A DNA stretch of 64,000 nucleotides from Somniosus microcephalus (taxonomy: Eukaryota). Below, one piece after another: positions 63,201-64,000 of the stretch. The notes under the pieces are model-generated. The model saw only the letters and a list, made by a program, of their open reading frames with translations, searched no databases and was not told the origin of the DNA. The first letter of the stretch is position 1; every line of letters begins with the position of its first letter. The stretch spans positions 60,264,001 to 60,328,000 of the forward strand of contig CM126216.1 in the NCBI GenBank assembly GCA_052327205.1. The letters run 5' to 3'. Both the position numbers and the translations under genes were made by a program.

Positions 63201-64000
63201 AGAATCCAGATACAAACTAGGCCAATAAACATAGCACAAATCATTATGGCCTAGATTTTCTAACCTGGCAGGAATCCCGACAGATTGGCATCAGGGTTGT
63301 CTTTGTGCCCACTCAGTCTCCTGTGCTCTGACCCCAGCCGATTTTCCCAGGGCCAGGATCATTTAGATTTTGCTGCGGGTGGTTGGGGTTATTTCCAGTG
63401 CTGCCCAGGTTGCCCACCTCTGGTGGCAGCACCACCCCAGGGGTGCAGAAAGAATGACTTCTTTAAAAAGCATATTTTGTCTAGGCAAGGTAGCCCTTTC
63501 ATTTTTAAAGCCCTCCCCAACCACCCCCTCCCCCCTCCCCCTCCCACCTCCGCACCAGCTGCCTTAGCAGCAGCAGATTGACACCCAGTATTACATGGGT
63601 GCTAATTATGGGAAGTACATTGCATGACGTGTTCCCATTATCAATGAATGCGCCTGCCCATATATGGGTGGACATACTCAACATCCACAGTCACGTCTAA
63701 TGGAAGATCTTGGGAATGGCAGAGGATGCCAGGGAACTATTGGAATGGCTTCCTGCTGCATTTTCTGCTCCTATCTGCCCCAAATCCAACGGAAATTGTG
63801 CAGAGAAGGTGCACACAATTGAGTTCAGTGTCTCACAGTGCAGTTATAATGCATGATGAGCAGTTTAACTGTAGCCTAATTGGTGTCAGTTAGGCATTAT
63901 CTGTGAGCTTAAGTTTTTTTGTTATCTGGTCTTGGGATGTGGTCAAGACAGTATAGTATTTATTGCCTATCCCTAGTTTCCCTAAGGGCATTAAGAGTCA

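Overview
Vertebrate genomic DNA, most likely from a cartilaginous fish (shark). This is inferred from the repeat content: SacSINE1/DeuSINE-like SINEs, shark-type CR1 3' UTRs and Penelope-type short repeats. The window lies inside a + strand SoxD gene best matching SOX6. Four consecutive coding exons (23593-23742, 35950-36130, 39029-39210, 57134-57242) splice in frame and encode the region upstream of the HMG box, including the PLNLS motif and the second coiled-coil/Q-rich segment. The rest is intron filled with transposable elements. These include a decayed two-gene PIF/Harbinger transposon (1294-7170, AAC TSD) whose transposase is split by a CR1 LINE that is itself split by a second CR1, creating in-frame chimeric ORFs. 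Also present are a long minus-strand CR1 split by a Rex1/Babar LINE, L2 and RTE fragments, two SINE families, many Harbinger-type MITEs, two Penelope-type repeats with degenerate hammerhead ribozyme cores, a 38-bp minisatellite and several candidate enhancer motif clusters. Family assignments come from recalled motifs, not database searches. I found no convincing wholly new biological system. The nested chimeric ORFs, the hammerhead relics and the E-box/palindrome cluster near 59.1-59.8 kb are the best leads.
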